In this document: one piece after another, positions 1 to 9,546 of the stretch
How the letters are laid out: each line of letters begins with the position of its first letter
Position numbering within the stretch: position 1 is the stretch's first letter
Assembly (NCBI GenBank): GCA_038998335.1
Contig: JAVZHQ010000001.1
Location: forward strand, 640,001 to 704,000
DNA: 64,000 nucleotides
Reading direction: 5' to 3'
Source of the DNA: Candidatus Aenigmatarchaeota archaeon
GTDB taxonomy: Archaea > Aenigmatarchaeota > Aenigmatarchaeia > CG10238-14 > SCSR01
Notes under the pieces: generated by a model
Told to the model about the DNA's origin: nothing
Database searches by the model: none
Seen by the model: only the letters and a program-made list of their open reading frames with translations
Translations under genes and position numbers: made by a program

Positions 1-1
1 T

Positions 2-238
2 CTCAAAGGTTCAAAAGAATTAGAAGAAGAACTAATAAAGCAAGTTGATAAAAAAATTGGACCAATAGCAAAACCTGCAAGAATTGCTTTTGTTGAAGAC
101 TTACCAAAAACAAGAAGTGGAAAAATTGTAAGAAGAATTTTGAGAAGTATTTTGAGAAACGAAGCCTTAGGAGACTTGTCAACTGTTGCAAACCCTGAAG
201 CCATAGAAAAAATAAAAAAAGAATTGAAAGGAAGCTAA
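2..238 (+). CDS. acs: Acetyl-CoA synthetase / AMP-forming acyl-CoA ligase, C-terminal fragment (5' partial)
   Basis: Manual translation from base 2 gives [30 protein letters not shown]...GDLSTVANP, the A10 motif of acetyl-CoA synthetases; stop at 236-238. Confidence 0.85.
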   Translation, partial: LKGSKELEEELIKQVDKKIGPIAKPARIAFVEDLPKTRSGKIVRRILRSILRNEALGDLSTVANPEAIEKIKKELKGS

Positions 239-239
239 G

Positions 240-680
240 CTATTTTTCTTTAAGCGTTAGAAAAGCGATTGCTGCAAGCAAGTAGCCAATTGGTGTAATA
301 ATTATTGAAAGAATGCTTGCTGCTTTTAGCAAACCAGAGTTAAACTTTGTTCCTGCTTTCCATAAACCTATTAACTGAAGAATTGCATAAACTAGGAATA
401 ATAGTAAGACTGGTGCAAGAACTAAAAAGTTCGAAAGTACTGCTGAAACATCCAAAATTCCAGCTGCCATTGCAAATATACTTCCCATTAGTGTTGCAAA
501 AGCTAGAATCGAAGCTATTATAGCTAATATTGCAGAATAACCAACCCATTTCCAAAGGTTTTCGTTGTACTTATTCCCTAGTTTTATCCATCCTAGTATC
601 AAAAGAATTAAACCCACTATGTTTAGCACTGGTATTATTGAAAGAATGTAAGCTATCCCAAGAAGTTTCTTTTCTTCCAT
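240..680 (-). CDS. Small multi-pass membrane protein (DUF996/DUF973-like)
   Basis: 146 aa, about 4 hydrophobic segments, internal two-fold repeat (SILSII...). Confidence 0.6.
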   Translation of the reverse strand: MEEKKLLGIAYILSIIPVLNIVGLILLILGWIKLGNKYNENLWKWVGYSAILAIIASILAFATLMGSIFAMAAGILDVSAVLSNFLVLAPVLLLFLVYAILQLIGLWKAGTKFNSGLLKAASILSIIITPIGYLLAAIAFLTLKEK

Positions 681-748
681 AATTTATTTTTTTTGTTTTT
701 ATTTAAAAATTGCTAACCTTTAAATATTCCTTCAGAAAAATCAATTAA

Positions 749-1036
749 TGCAGGAGGCTAGGTCGCGGAGCTAGGCCTTCCGTGCTGCTGAAAAAGCAGT
801 GGCAAATGGTCTACATGGCCGACCGAAGCCTGAGGGCGGTATAAGCTTACAAAAAGGTCCAAGCTTCCGACTGAGAAGCCTCGCCTTTCAGGGTGGGTAG
901 CTTAACGAAACCGAGGAGGTCCGGAAGGAAGCACTCGTAAGTTAAGCTGTCTCATGCTTGAAAGATACGGGGTGGAGAAGGAAGTTTGGAGCAACCTTTT
1001 TGTAAGCTTATATCCACCAAGGGCGTGCCTCCTGCA
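749..1036 (+). ncRNA. ffs: Archaeal SRP (7S) RNA
   Basis: GC-rich 288 nt closed by terminal helix TGCAGGAGGC/GCCTCCTGCA; helix-8 motif GAGGTCCGGAAGGAAGCA; long helix ATAAGCTTACAAAAAGG/CCTTTTTGTAAGCTTAT. Confidence 0.92.
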
Positions 1037-1078
1037 ATTTCTTTAAAATTTAAATCTTAAAGTGGAGAATTAAGTGAT

Positions 1079-1828
1079 ATGGAAGACAGCATTAAGATTA
1101 TTTTGATTGCCATAGTTTTACTCTTAGTTTTTTCTGTAGCGTCAAACCTTACTTTAAAAAGTATAATTCTTCCCAATGTAACTATTGGTGAAACAAAAAA
1201 AATTATTTTAAGTAATGAAACGATTCTAAGAACTTCTATGAACATCCCTGCTGTAGACTCTGAAGGAAATGGTGTTGTTACAAAGCTTATAGTTGAAGCA
1301 AAACCTGGAACAGGAAGAGTTCTAGTTGACATAAATCAATTACTTTTCTGGGTTGATACTCAAAACTCTATAAGAGTTGCTCAAAAAGTCGCTCAAAATT
1401 ATACTAAAACAGATTTGTCCAACATAGATTTAATATATGCTATAGAAACAAACGCTTCTGTAATAGGTGGGCCATCGGCAGGAGCTGCTATGACAATAGC
1501 AACAATAGCTTTGCTTGAAAATAAAACTTTAAATCAGAGTGTGATGATAACAGGGACTATAAACTCTGACGGAAGTATCGGACCAGTAGGAGAAATAGTT
1601 GCAAAAGCTAAGGCTGCAAAAGACATAGGAGCCAAACTTTTTTTGGTTCCCTCAGGCCAAGCAATTCAAACATATTACAAGCCAATAGAGCATTGCGAAA
1701 GGTTTGGGCCAGTGACTTACTGTTCTACTGAATACAGACCAGAAAAAATAGACGTAAGCAAAGAAGTTGGAATTACTGTTAAAGAAGTCAGTAATATTCA
1801 AGAAGCTTTACAATACTTTTTAATCTAG
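1079..1828 (+). CDS. Membrane-anchored Lon-like (S16) serine protease domain protein
   Basis: GPSAG catalytic Ser motif, TGTI..DGSIGPVG..K dyad Lys, N-terminal TM. Confidence 0.85.
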   Translation: MEDSIKIILIAIVLLLVFSVASNLTLKSIILPNVTIGETKKIILSNETILRTSMNIPAVDSEGNGVVTKLIVEAKPGTGRVLVDINQLLFWVDTQNSIRVAQKVAQNYTKTDLSNIDLIYAIETNASVIGGPSAGAAMTIATIALLENKTLNQSVMITGTINSDGSIGPVGEIVAKAKAAKDIGAKLFLVPSGQAIQTYYKPIEHCERFGPVTYCSTEYRPEKIDVSKEVGITVKEVSNIQEALQYFLI

Positions 1829-1836
1829 GCGATGTT

Positions 1837-2436
1837 ATGCAATACTTTTCAAAGGAAGAGGTAAAGGATATAATAATATCTGTCCTAGTTGTTTCGCTAA
1901 TTTTCTCTTATAATGCTTCTAACCCAAGAAGAACTTTTGAGCTTTTTCCCTTTTATTTGATAATAGTTGTTCTTACTTTCCTCCTTCATGAACTTGCTCA
2001 TAAAAGTGTTGCAAGGAAGTTTGGCTGTTTATCCTTTTATAAAATGTGGACGACAGGGCTTTTATTAAGTTTAGTCTTCATGCTTTTAGGTTTTAAATTC
2101 ATAGTTCCTGGTGCTGTCGTAATCTATCCTTTCACTTTTGGAAGATGGGGGTTTAGAAGAATAAGATTAACTGCTCAGGAAATTGGTTTAATATCGGTTA
2201 GTGGAATCTTGGTAAACATTTTTATCGCTTTAATTTCTAGGCCTCTGGTTGGTTTGTTTTTTGTACAAAATTTTGATTTTTTCTTCGCTCTATCTTCTAT
2301 CAACTCTTTCCTTGCTTTCTTCAACCTTTTACCAATTCCTCCCCTGGACGGAAGTAAAGTTATAGTATGGAAACTTTGGCTTTGGTTCTTCCTGTTTGTT
2401 ATTTCTATAGGTTTATTTTTATCCTTCGCTTTCTAA
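1837..2436 (+). CDS. Site-2 (M50) intramembrane zinc metalloprotease
   Basis: HELAH and NLLPIPPLDG motifs; hydrophobic. Confidence 0.9.
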   Translation: MQYFSKEEVKDIIISVLVVSLIFSYNASNPRRTFELFPFYLIIVVLTFLLHELAHKSVARKFGCLSFYKMWTTGLLLSLVFMLLGFKFIVPGAVVIYPFTFGRWGFRRIRLTAQEIGLISVSGILVNIFIALISRPLVGLFFVQNFDFFFALSSINSFLAFFNLLPIPPLDGSKVIVWKLWLWFFLFVISIGLFLSFAF

Positions 2437-2449
2437 AGGTTATTATGTA

Positions 2450-3736
2450 GTGATGAAAGAATCAAGTGAGACAATGATTGTTATAGCAGACTTTCACCTT
2501 CATTCTCTTTATAGCAGAGCAACCAGCAAGCAAATGAACTTGGAAGGAATAAGTAATGGTGCAAAAATAAAAGGTTTAAATCTTGTTGGAACCGGAGATT
2601 TTACTTTTAAAAAATGGCTTGATGAATTAAAGAAAAAGTTAAAACCAGTAGAAGACTCTGGACTGTTCGAGTATAACAAAACTCTTTTTATGTTAACAAG
2701 TGAAGTTGCGACATATTTTGAATTTGAAAAAATGATAAAGAGAGTACATCATGTAATTCATGCACCCACTTTTGATGTTGTTGAACAAATAAATGAAGCT
2801 CTTTCAAAATTTGGCAGTTTAGCTTCTGATGGTAGACCTATTTTAAACTTGACTGCAGCAGAGCTTGTTGAAATTTTAATGCAAATTAGTAAGGATATTT
2901 TGATTTATCCTGCCCATGCTTGGACTCCTTGGATGTCTTGCTTAGGAAGTAAGTCTGGGTTTGATTCAATAGAAGAATGTTATCAGGATCAAACAAAAAA
3001 TATCTTTGCTTTAGAAACAGGGTTAAGCAGCGATCCTGCTATGAACTGGAGGTTAAGCTCTTTAGATAAGTTTACTTTACTTAGCAACTCAGATTCGCAT
3101 AGTCCGCATCCTTGGCGTTTAGGAAGAGAAGCGAATGTTTTTGATTTAGAAAAAGTAACTTATTGGGAAATTCTTGACGCGATAAAGAAAAAAGATAAGA
3201 AAAGGTTTTTATATACTGTAGAGGTTGACCCAAACTATGGAAAATACCATTTCGACGGACATCGTAATTGCAGCATAAGTTTGCATCCTAAGGATGCTAT
3301 AAAGTTAAATAACATTTGCCCAAAATGCAAAAGAAAATTAACTGTAGGAGTATTGCATAGAGTTGAGGAATTGGCAGATAGACCAGAAGGTTTTATCCCA
3401 AAAGATGCCATTCCTTTTAAAACTTTGTTGCCTTTGTATGAAATAATTTCTTTTGCTTGGGGCTCTGGAGAGCTTTATTCAAAAAAGGTTTTGGAAGAAC
3501 ATGATAAACTAATAGAAAAATTTGGAAACGAGCTAAACGTTTTGCTTAATGTTCCAAAGGAAGAATTGTTAAAAGTTACGAACGAAAAGATTGCTGAAGC
3601 AATAATAAAAGTGAGAGAAGGAAAAATCAAGTACATTCCTGGATATGATGGAAATTATGGTAAACCTGTGTTTGATGAAAATTTTGAGATAAAAAAGCAA
3701 AAGTTTCATGTCCAAAAAAACTTAAAGCAATTTTAA
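2450..3736 (+). CDS. PHP-domain nuclease, endonuclease Q family (start probably 2474)
   Basis: DFHLHSLYSRATS, GTGD, PAHAWTPW, SNSDSHS, GKYHFDGHRNC, CPKC, PGYDGNYG. Confidence 0.85.
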   Translation: MMKESSETMIVIADFHLHSLYSRATSKQMNLEGISNGAKIKGLNLVGTGDFTFKKWLDELKKKLKPVEDSGLFEYNKTLFMLTSEVATYFEFEKMIKRVHHVIHAPTFDVVEQINEALSKFGSLASDGRPILNLTAAELVEILMQISKDILIYPAHAWTPWMSCLGSKSGFDSIEECYQDQTKNIFALETGLSSDPAMNWRLSSLDKFTLLSNSDSHSPHPWRLGREANVFDLEKVTYWEILDAIKKKDKKRFLYTVEVDPNYGKYHFDGHRNCSISLHPKDAIKLNNICPKCKRKLTVGVLHRVEELADRPEGFIPKDAIPFKTLLPLYEIISFAWGSGELYSKKVLEEHDKLIEKFGNELNVLLNVPKEELLKVTNEKIAEAIIKVREGKIKYIPGYDGNYGKPVFDENFEIKKQKFHVQKNLKQF

Positions 3737-3749
3737 TTTATTTAAAAGT

Positions 3750-4400
3750 ATGAGTAAACAATGGGATAAGATTTTTAAAGAAGAGGGAAAAGTTTTTATT
3801 AAACCACATGAAGAAATGCCAAAAATAGTTAAAATTTTCAAGGAAAATAAAGTTAAAAAAGTTCTTGATTTGGGCTGTGGTTCGGGAAGGCACTTGGTTT
3901 ATTTAGCAAAGTATGGTTTTGAAGTTTATGGTATAGATATAGCTAAGCATGGAATTAAAATTGCAAGGAACTGGCTTAAAGAGGAAAATCTTAAAGCAGA
4001 GTTGAAAGTTGGTGATATTTATAAAAAACTTCCTTATCCTGATAATTTTTTTGACGGAATAGTAAGCATTGCTACCTTACATCACAATAGAATAGAGAAA
4101 ATTAGGAAATTAATAAAAGAAATTGAAAGAGTTTTAAAGCCAGGTGGTTTAATTTTTATTACTGTAAGCAAGAAAAGAAGTAAAGAAGAACTTAAGAAAA
4201 TGTCAAAAAATGAAATCTGGAAAATAAAAATGATTGCTCCAAGAACTTACATTCCTTTAAACGGAAGAGAAAAAGGTTTAATTCATTTTTGGTTTAATAA
4301 AACTCTTTTGAGAAAGGAGTTTAAAAATTTTAAAATTTATAAAATTTGGGTAGAGCTAAACAAAAAGCATTACTGTGTTCTTGCAAGTTTAAAGACTTAA
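3750..4400 (+). CDS. Class I SAM-dependent methyltransferase
   Basis: VLDLGCGSGRH motif I; LKPGG. Confidence 0.9.
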   Translation: MSKQWDKIFKEEGKVFIKPHEEMPKIVKIFKENKVKKVLDLGCGSGRHLVYLAKYGFEVYGIDIAKHGIKIARNWLKEENLKAELKVGDIYKKLPYPDNFFDGIVSIATLHHNRIEKIRKLIKEIERVLKPGGLIFITVSKKRSKEELKKMSKNEIWKIKMIAPRTYIPLNGREKGLIHFWFNKTLLRKEFKNFKIYKIWVELNKKHYCVLASLKT

Positions 4401-4434
4401 GTTTTTTATTTATTTGTTTTAATCTAATTTTAAA

Positions 4435-4505
4435 GGGCCTGTAGTCTAACGGTAGGACGCCACCCTCACACGGTGGAGAAAGGAGTTCGACTCTCCTCAG
4501 GCCCA
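4435..4505 (+). tRNA. tRNA-Val(CAC), no intron
   Basis: Acceptor GGGCCTG/CAGGCCC, anticodon arm CCACC-CTCACAC-GGTGG, T loop TTCGACT. Confidence 0.93.
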
Positions 4506-4574
4506 CTTTTCTTCCATTTAAACCGGAGAATATAGAATAGACTTCTAACAATAATCACATAAGATTAAGAAAAA

Positions 4575-4874
4575 TTATTTCTTAGGCCTAAATTCTCTTA
4601 TCAAACAATACAACAAAAATAAGAACAAAGCTATGGAAGAAAAGAAAAAAGGAAGTATAGGAACTAGAATAGATGGGTAAAAAATTAAGTAAAATAAATC
4701 TGAGCCTGCCAAATAAATTGCATACTCAAATAAACCCCAAGCTGAAAAGCCAAACAAAATGGAAAATGCTAGAAAAACTTTTTTATAAACTTTTGACAGA
4801 AAAGTGAGCAAGAGAAAAGAACCTGAAAATATAGTAGAGCACAAAGCCATTATCCCTATCACTATGCTTAACAT
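4575..4874 (-). CDS. Small membrane protein
   Basis: 99 aa, three hydrophobic segments. Confidence 0.6.
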   Translation of the reverse strand: MLSIVIGIMALCSTIFSGSFLLLTFLSKVYKKVFLAFSILFGFSAWGLFEYAIYLAGSDLFYLIFYPSILVPILPFFFSSIALFLFLLYCLIREFRPKK

Positions 4875-4882
4875 CTATTTCA

Positions 4883-5737
4883 CTATAAAAGTCTTGAAAC
4901 ACTAATAGAAGCTGTAGCTTCAACATAATAATAATAACTTAGCTTTACTTCTAGAGGAAGGGTTGTATAATCCGTAACCTCAGGAACATAAAATTGACAG
5001 GTAATAGAGTAACCTGAAGTTGGGTCTATTCTAACTTCCTTAGGAAAGTTATGGTTAATACATTCATTACCATCAATAGTTATTTTTTCTATAACTACTT
5101 TTTTATCATCCATTTTATTAATATAGGGAGAACCTTGGCCGACATTTTTAAAGGTAAGGGGTATTGTTCCTATTTGACCAGGTTTTATGTACGTGAAAGG
5201 TTGAACTGTTTCCACGCTAATTTGAATTGGTGCTTGTGAAGCAATAAAACCTTCTATTCCTTTTGTTTCTTGAGGATGTGTTCTTTTGTACTCTTGACTC
5301 ATAACTTTAATTCTTCCGTTAGCAGTTGAGGCATACTTATAGAAAACTTTTACAGTAGCTGGGCAATTTGGAATATCTTTATCTTCTGGGGAAGTTACTT
5401 CCCATTCTAAGTAACTTAAACCACCAGGAGAGTTAGGCAATCTTTTGGGTAAGAAACCTATTTCTTTTTGGTAATTTACCTCACCACCCCAATCAGTACC
5501 TAAACCTGTAAGTACAGCCTTTACTTCTTCTGCATCTTCTTCCCCAACATTCTCTACAGTAAGATAAAAAGTTACGCTTTGGCCAGCATAAATCTTTGAT
5601 TCTCCTGGCTTAAAGCTTTTTATTATTACACCTATGGCTTGTTTTTGCTGATCTGTAGGCTGTTGTTGGCCTAGAAGAGTGCAGCCAGAGAGAAATACAA
5701 ACACAAGTAAAAATAAAAGTATGGCATAACTTTTCAT
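4883..5737 (-). CDS. Putative surface lipoprotein with beta-rich (Ig/CARDB-like) domains
   Basis: Lipobox-like LSGC after a hydrophobic signal; V.NVG..DA..V motif. Confidence 0.7.
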   Translation of the reverse strand: MKSYAILLFLLVFVFLSGCTLLGQQQPTDQQKQAIGVIIKSFKPGESKIYAGQSVTFYLTVENVGEEDAEEVKAVLTGLGTDWGGEVNYQKEIGFLPKRLPNSPGGLSYLEWEVTSPEDKDIPNCPATVKVFYKYASTANGRIKVMSQEYKRTHPQETKGIEGFIASQAPIQISVETVQPFTYIKPGQIGTIPLTFKNVGQGSPYINKMDDKKVVIEKITIDGNECINHNFPKEVRIDPTSGYSITCQFYVPEVTDYTTLPLEVKLSYYYYVEATASISVSRLL

Positions 5738-5751
5738 TCTATCTCCTAATA
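5649..5751. repeat. 103-bp exact direct repeat, copy 1 (RBS + signal peptide)
   Basis: Identical to 6599..6701. Confidence 0.95.
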
Positions 5752-5778
5752 TTAAATTAATTTGAATCGATTTAAACT

Positions 5779-6687
5779 TTATCTTAAGATTTCTTTGACA
5801 GTAAAAACTTCCTTTCTTCTAAACTTAAATGTATAAGAAAATTCTGCAGAAATTGGTGCTATACTTTCAAATTCTGAGATAACAAGAGGCCTTAAGTTGC
5901 AAATTAACTCAGCGGGAACTTTCAAATCTTCTTTTGGATAAAGGTTATTACCAACTTCTTCAAATTCGCAGTAAAGATTTGGCTCTTTTTCAAAATTATT
6001 ATTAAGGTTGATAGCAAAATCGGACTTTGATATCATTATAGGTTCATAATTTGTAATAGTTCCTACATATCTTACTTTTATTTTCAGTTCAAAGGGTTCG
6101 TCACTTATCACCCAATACTCCTTAATTATCTGTTTATCTATAGTTGTAGTTCTTTGGGCAGGAAATTCAAACTCAAGTAGAACTGGCCCTAAAGAAGGAG
6201 GAGTTTGAGAAAACTTGGCTTTGGGGGTTACAGAGATATCGTTAACTATTGGTATTCTTGCTTCTCTATATCCTTTCCAAGGATAGCTTATCTCATACTC
6301 TACAAAAGGATTTTTTATTGTATGCTCAGGAACTTTAAGCGTAAGCTTTATGATTCTTGTCTCTAAACTTCCAAAACCATTAAAAACACAACCGCTATCT
6401 TCTCTAATACCTTCTTCGCACCGAAGCTCTTTTAATTCTAAACCTACTATATTATCAAATTCTATTCTAAGATTATCCACGCTTTTATCTCCGTTGTTTT
6501 TTAAGAGAATTTGCAAAGATGTTGTACTTCCTGGATATGGGTTTGAATTTGAAATGGTTGTATGCTCTACTGTTATTATATCATTTTTATACTTAGTTTG
6601 ATCTGTAGGCTGTTGTTGGCCTAGAAGAGTGCAGCCAGAGAGAAATACAAACACAAGTAAAAATAAAAGTATGGCATAACTTTTCAT
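5779..6687 (-). CDS. Putative surface lipoprotein, paralog of 4883..5737
   Basis: First 30 aa identical (MKSYAILL...LSGCTLLGQQQPTDQ); remainder diverged. Confidence 0.7.
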   Translation of the reverse strand: MKSYAILLFLLVFVFLSGCTLLGQQQPTDQTKYKNDIITVEHTTISNSNPYPGSTTSLQILLKNNGDKSVDNLRIEFDNIVGLELKELRCEEGIREDSGCVFNGFGSLETRIIKLTLKVPEHTIKNPFVEYEISYPWKGYREARIPIVNDISVTPKAKFSQTPPSLGPVLLEFEFPAQRTTTIDKQIIKEYWVISDEPFELKIKVRYVGTITNYEPIMISKSDFAINLNNNFEKEPNLYCEFEEVGNNLYPKEDLKVPAELICNLRPLVISEFESIAPISAEFSYTFKFRRKEVFTVKEILR

Positions 6688-6701
6688 TCTATCTCCTAAT
6701 A
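6599..6701. repeat. 103-bp exact direct repeat, copy 2
   Basis: Identical to 5649..5751. Confidence 0.95.
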
Positions 6702-6727
6702 AATAATTTAACTAAGTAAATTATTAT

Positions 6728-7507
6728 ATGGCTAACTTTTACGATTACCTTGACTTTCTTCTTAAGCCAGCAATAGAAACAGGCTATACTTGGGATAAAA
6801 CTTTGCTCTATGGTATAATTCTGATTGTAGCAGTCTTACTGATTTTTAAGATGCTTAAAAAACTTAAGGTTAAAGTTGATGGAAAATTTTCTTTAGCAGT
6901 ATTTCCTTTTGTAATTTTTGGCGGAGTTTTAAGAGTTTTGAGAGATTTAGGAATTCTAACTTCCTTTCTCTTTGCTACTCCTTACATTTACTTTTTAGTT
7001 GCCTTCATTACCATTTTAACTCTTCTCATTTCTTTACTTATAGAGAAAAAGTTCGGAATTTCTTACAGTAAAATTGTTTTTTTAACTGGTTTTATTCTTT
7101 TTTCCTTAACAATAGCGAAAATTCCCCAACTGGACTTAACTAGGGTATTTTATGTCCTAACTTTCTCTTTTCCATTTCTTGCTCTCATTCTTCTTGTAAA
7201 ATGGAAAAGAGAAAATAAGGTAGTAACTTTAATCCAAACTTTTGACGGAATCGTAACTTTTGTTTCTATAAACTTTTTTGGCTACTCTGAACAACATGTT
7301 CTCCCAACTCTTTTGATTCAAACTTTTGGAAGTTTTACTTTTCCACTAATTAAAATAATAGCAATAGTTATTGCTTTGGTTTTAATTGACAAGTTTTTTG
7401 AAGATAATGAGTTAAAAAATTTTGTCAAGCTTTGCATAGCAATTTTAGCAGGAGGAACAAGCACAAGAGATTTTACTTGCCTACTTTCTTCCTGTTCACC
7501 TTCTTAA
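6728..7507 (+). CDS. DUF63-like archaeal membrane protein
   Basis: GYT..TLLYG, PFVIFGG.LRVL.D, TPYIYF, GYSEQHV motifs. Confidence 0.75.
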   Translation: MANFYDYLDFLLKPAIETGYTWDKTLLYGIILIVAVLLIFKMLKKLKVKVDGKFSLAVFPFVIFGGVLRVLRDLGILTSFLFATPYIYFLVAFITILTLLISLLIEKKFGISYSKIVFLTGFILFSLTIAKIPQLDLTRVFYVLTFSFPFLALILLVKWKRENKVVTLIQTFDGIVTFVSINFFGYSEQHVLPTLLIQTFGSFTFPLIKIIAIVIALVLIDKFFEDNELKNFVKLCIAILAGGTSTRDFTCLLSSCSPS

Positions 7508-8616
7508 CCCATATAACTGATAATTAGAGTAACATCAGCCAAATTATAGAAACCGTCAGGAGGTTCTGTAGAAAAGGATATAAGATTCATTCCTTTTCTT
7601 AAATTTATTTCACCAGGATAAAGTGTTTTGCTTATAATTTCACCAGCTTTTTTATTAACCTTATAAGCTTCTTTTTCGTTTATTTTTACTATCAAATCTT
7701 TTGTTGGGTTAGAGTCTTTAACTCTTGCACTAAGTAAAGCGTACTTAAAATTGTTAACCTCTTTATCACCAAGCTCAAAATTAAAACTTTTCTCACTAAC
7801 TCCATAGTAAAATATTCCAAACTTTGCACTAGAGATTTTGTAAACAGTGCTCATCCAGAACTTCCATCCAGGCAAACCTGCTTTTATTGTAACATAGTTT
7901 GATTTCTCTATTTTAGAAGCATTTAGTGGGATAACTACTTCTCCAGGTTTTACGTTTTGGTTGTAAACTTCTTCGCCGTTAAACTCAACTATCAAATTTC
8001 CTGCGTTGTTTGTATCTTCTACCAAAATACTGATAAAACCACCGTTGATCATTCGAAACATTTCCTCGCTTATTGATTCATGTGTTAGAGTTGAGGAATA
8101 CTCTGAAAAATAACCTTTAGAAACCTCAAAACTATACTTTGAAGCTAAAACTTCTGAACCAACTGAATGACTTACAGAAAAGTCTCCAAAGTAAAAGTTT
8201 CTCTGGAGTTGCTGAACTAGAACTTTTGTTACGTTTATGGTTACAGGAATCGAGACATTTCCACCAGTAAAAGCTATTTGAATCTTTCCTCTGTATACTT
8301 TTTCGACTGTCATTTCTGGCACAAATATAGTAACAGTAACAACTTCTGAACCAGAAACGTCAAAATTTTCTTTATCAAAACTTAAGAAAGACCTTACTTC
8401 TCCTGTTACTATAAAAGTAACGTTTGTTGCAGTACCGTTTAAATTTAACTCTAAAGTTTGATAATTTCCTGGTTCAATTTTTACTGAAATGGAAGAAGGA
8501 GTAACGTTCAAAAATTCTGGTGGTGCTGAAGTCCAAGCCACCATCATGACTATTATTAGAACAAGCCCTGCGAGTAAAACAAAGGCAAACTCGTCTATTC
8601 TTGCCTGTGCTTTCAA
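7504..8616 (-). CDS. Secreted/surface protein with class III (pilin-type) signal peptide
   Basis: KAQ..IDEF followed by hydrophobic stretch; beta-rich remainder. Confidence 0.65.
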   Translation of the reverse strand: MKAQARIDEFAFVLLAGLVLIIVMMVAWTSAPPEFLNVTPSSISVKIEPGNYQTLELNLNGTATNVTFIVTGEVRSFLSFDKENFDVSGSEVVTVTIFVPEMTVEKVYRGKIQIAFTGGNVSIPVTINVTKVLVQQLQRNFYFGDFSVSHSVGSEVLASKYSFEVSKGYFSEYSSTLTHESISEEMFRMINGGFISILVEDTNNAGNLIVEFNGEEVYNQNVKPGEVVIPLNASKIEKSNYVTIKAGLPGWKFWMSTVYKISSAKFGIFYYGVSEKSFNFELGDKEVNNFKYALLSARVKDSNPTKDLIVKINEKEAYKVNKKAGEIISKTLYPGEINLRKGMNLISFSTEPPDGFYNLADVTLIISYMG

Positions 8617-8669
8617 AAAAACACCTAATTTAACTTTGTTTTTTTAACAATTAATTTTTATTTATTATT

Positions 8670-9329
8670 ATGAAAACTATTGAAAAAAACTTTGAAAAGG
8701 GTTTTGTAAGGCTTATTCCTGAGAATTTTTTAGACTTATGGCATCTTTCTAAAATAATTGAAGTTAAAGATAGAATAACAGCTAGAACTACAAGAAACAT
8801 TTTTGTTGAAAGAGAAGGAAAAAAGGAAAAATCAAGAAAAGTTGCTTTAGTTCTTTCTCTCGAAGTAGAAAAAGTTGAGCTAGAAAAAAATAAGTTAAGA
8901 ATAAAGGGAAAGATAGTAGAAGCTCCGGAAGAAGTTCAAAAAGGAAGTTATCACACGATTGAAATTCTTATAGGAAATAGTTTTACTTTAGAGAAAAAAG
9001 AGTGGAAAAAAGAACAAGTAGAAAAAATAGAAAAACTAACAAAAAGAATTAAAAAAGCTACTTCGCTGAAAGAGTTTTTTGTTCATATAAACAAGCTTGA
9101 CGGCTTAGCAATTTATGGTTTGGAAGAAGTTAGAAACGCTGCTTTAATTGGAGCGATAAAAATTCTTTTTGTTCCTTTTGAAAATTTGAGTGAAAAAATT
9201 GAGGAAGTAATAGAAGAGGTGGAGAAAAAAGGCGGAGAAATAGAGTTCGTTAGCGAGAAGGAAGAGCTTGGTAAAAAATTTTTGAAAGAACATGGAATTG
9301 GAGCAATTCTCAGGTTTAAAATTAGCTAG
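8670..9329 (+). CDS. pelA: Pelota/Dom34 homolog lacking the middle domain
   Basis: N-domain PEN.LDLWHL...LRIKG...GSYHTI joined directly to C-domain YGLEEV..A...GAI...GIGAILRF; 219 aa. Confidence 0.75.
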   Translation: MKTIEKNFEKGFVRLIPENFLDLWHLSKIIEVKDRITARTTRNIFVEREGKKEKSRKVALVLSLEVEKVELEKNKLRIKGKIVEAPEEVQKGSYHTIEILIGNSFTLEKKEWKKEQVEKIEKLTKRIKKATSLKEFFVHINKLDGLAIYGLEEVRNAALIGAIKILFVPFENLSEKIEEVIEEVEKKGGEIEFVSEKEELGKKFLKEHGIGAILRFKIS

Positions 9330-9510
9330 CTCTTTTCTTCAAAGAAGTTATGTAGCCTGCTATCATGTTCCTTAACTTCTTTGATTTTATTTCTATAAGT
9401 TGTTTAACAACTTCTTTATTCTTGGAAAAATCACTTGAAAACTTGTCTGGATATTTTTCTACAAGCTCTAAAGCGATGCTTTTGACAAAAGAAGTTTTAA
9501 TTCTTCCCAT
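9322..9510 (-). CDS. rps17e: 30S ribosomal protein S17e
   Basis: MGRIKT..VK; F..DF..NK; SKKLRN.IAGYIT. Confidence 0.95.
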   Translation of the reverse strand: MGRIKTSFVKSIALELVEKYPDKFSSDFSKNKEVVKQLIEIKSKKLRNMIAGYITSLKKRAS

Positions 9511-9546
9511 GCAAATCACTCGCTTTTCTGAAATACATAGAGACCA

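Noticed and set aside
4330-4551. 73-aa minus-strand ORF
   Set aside because: Antisense shadow of tRNA-Val
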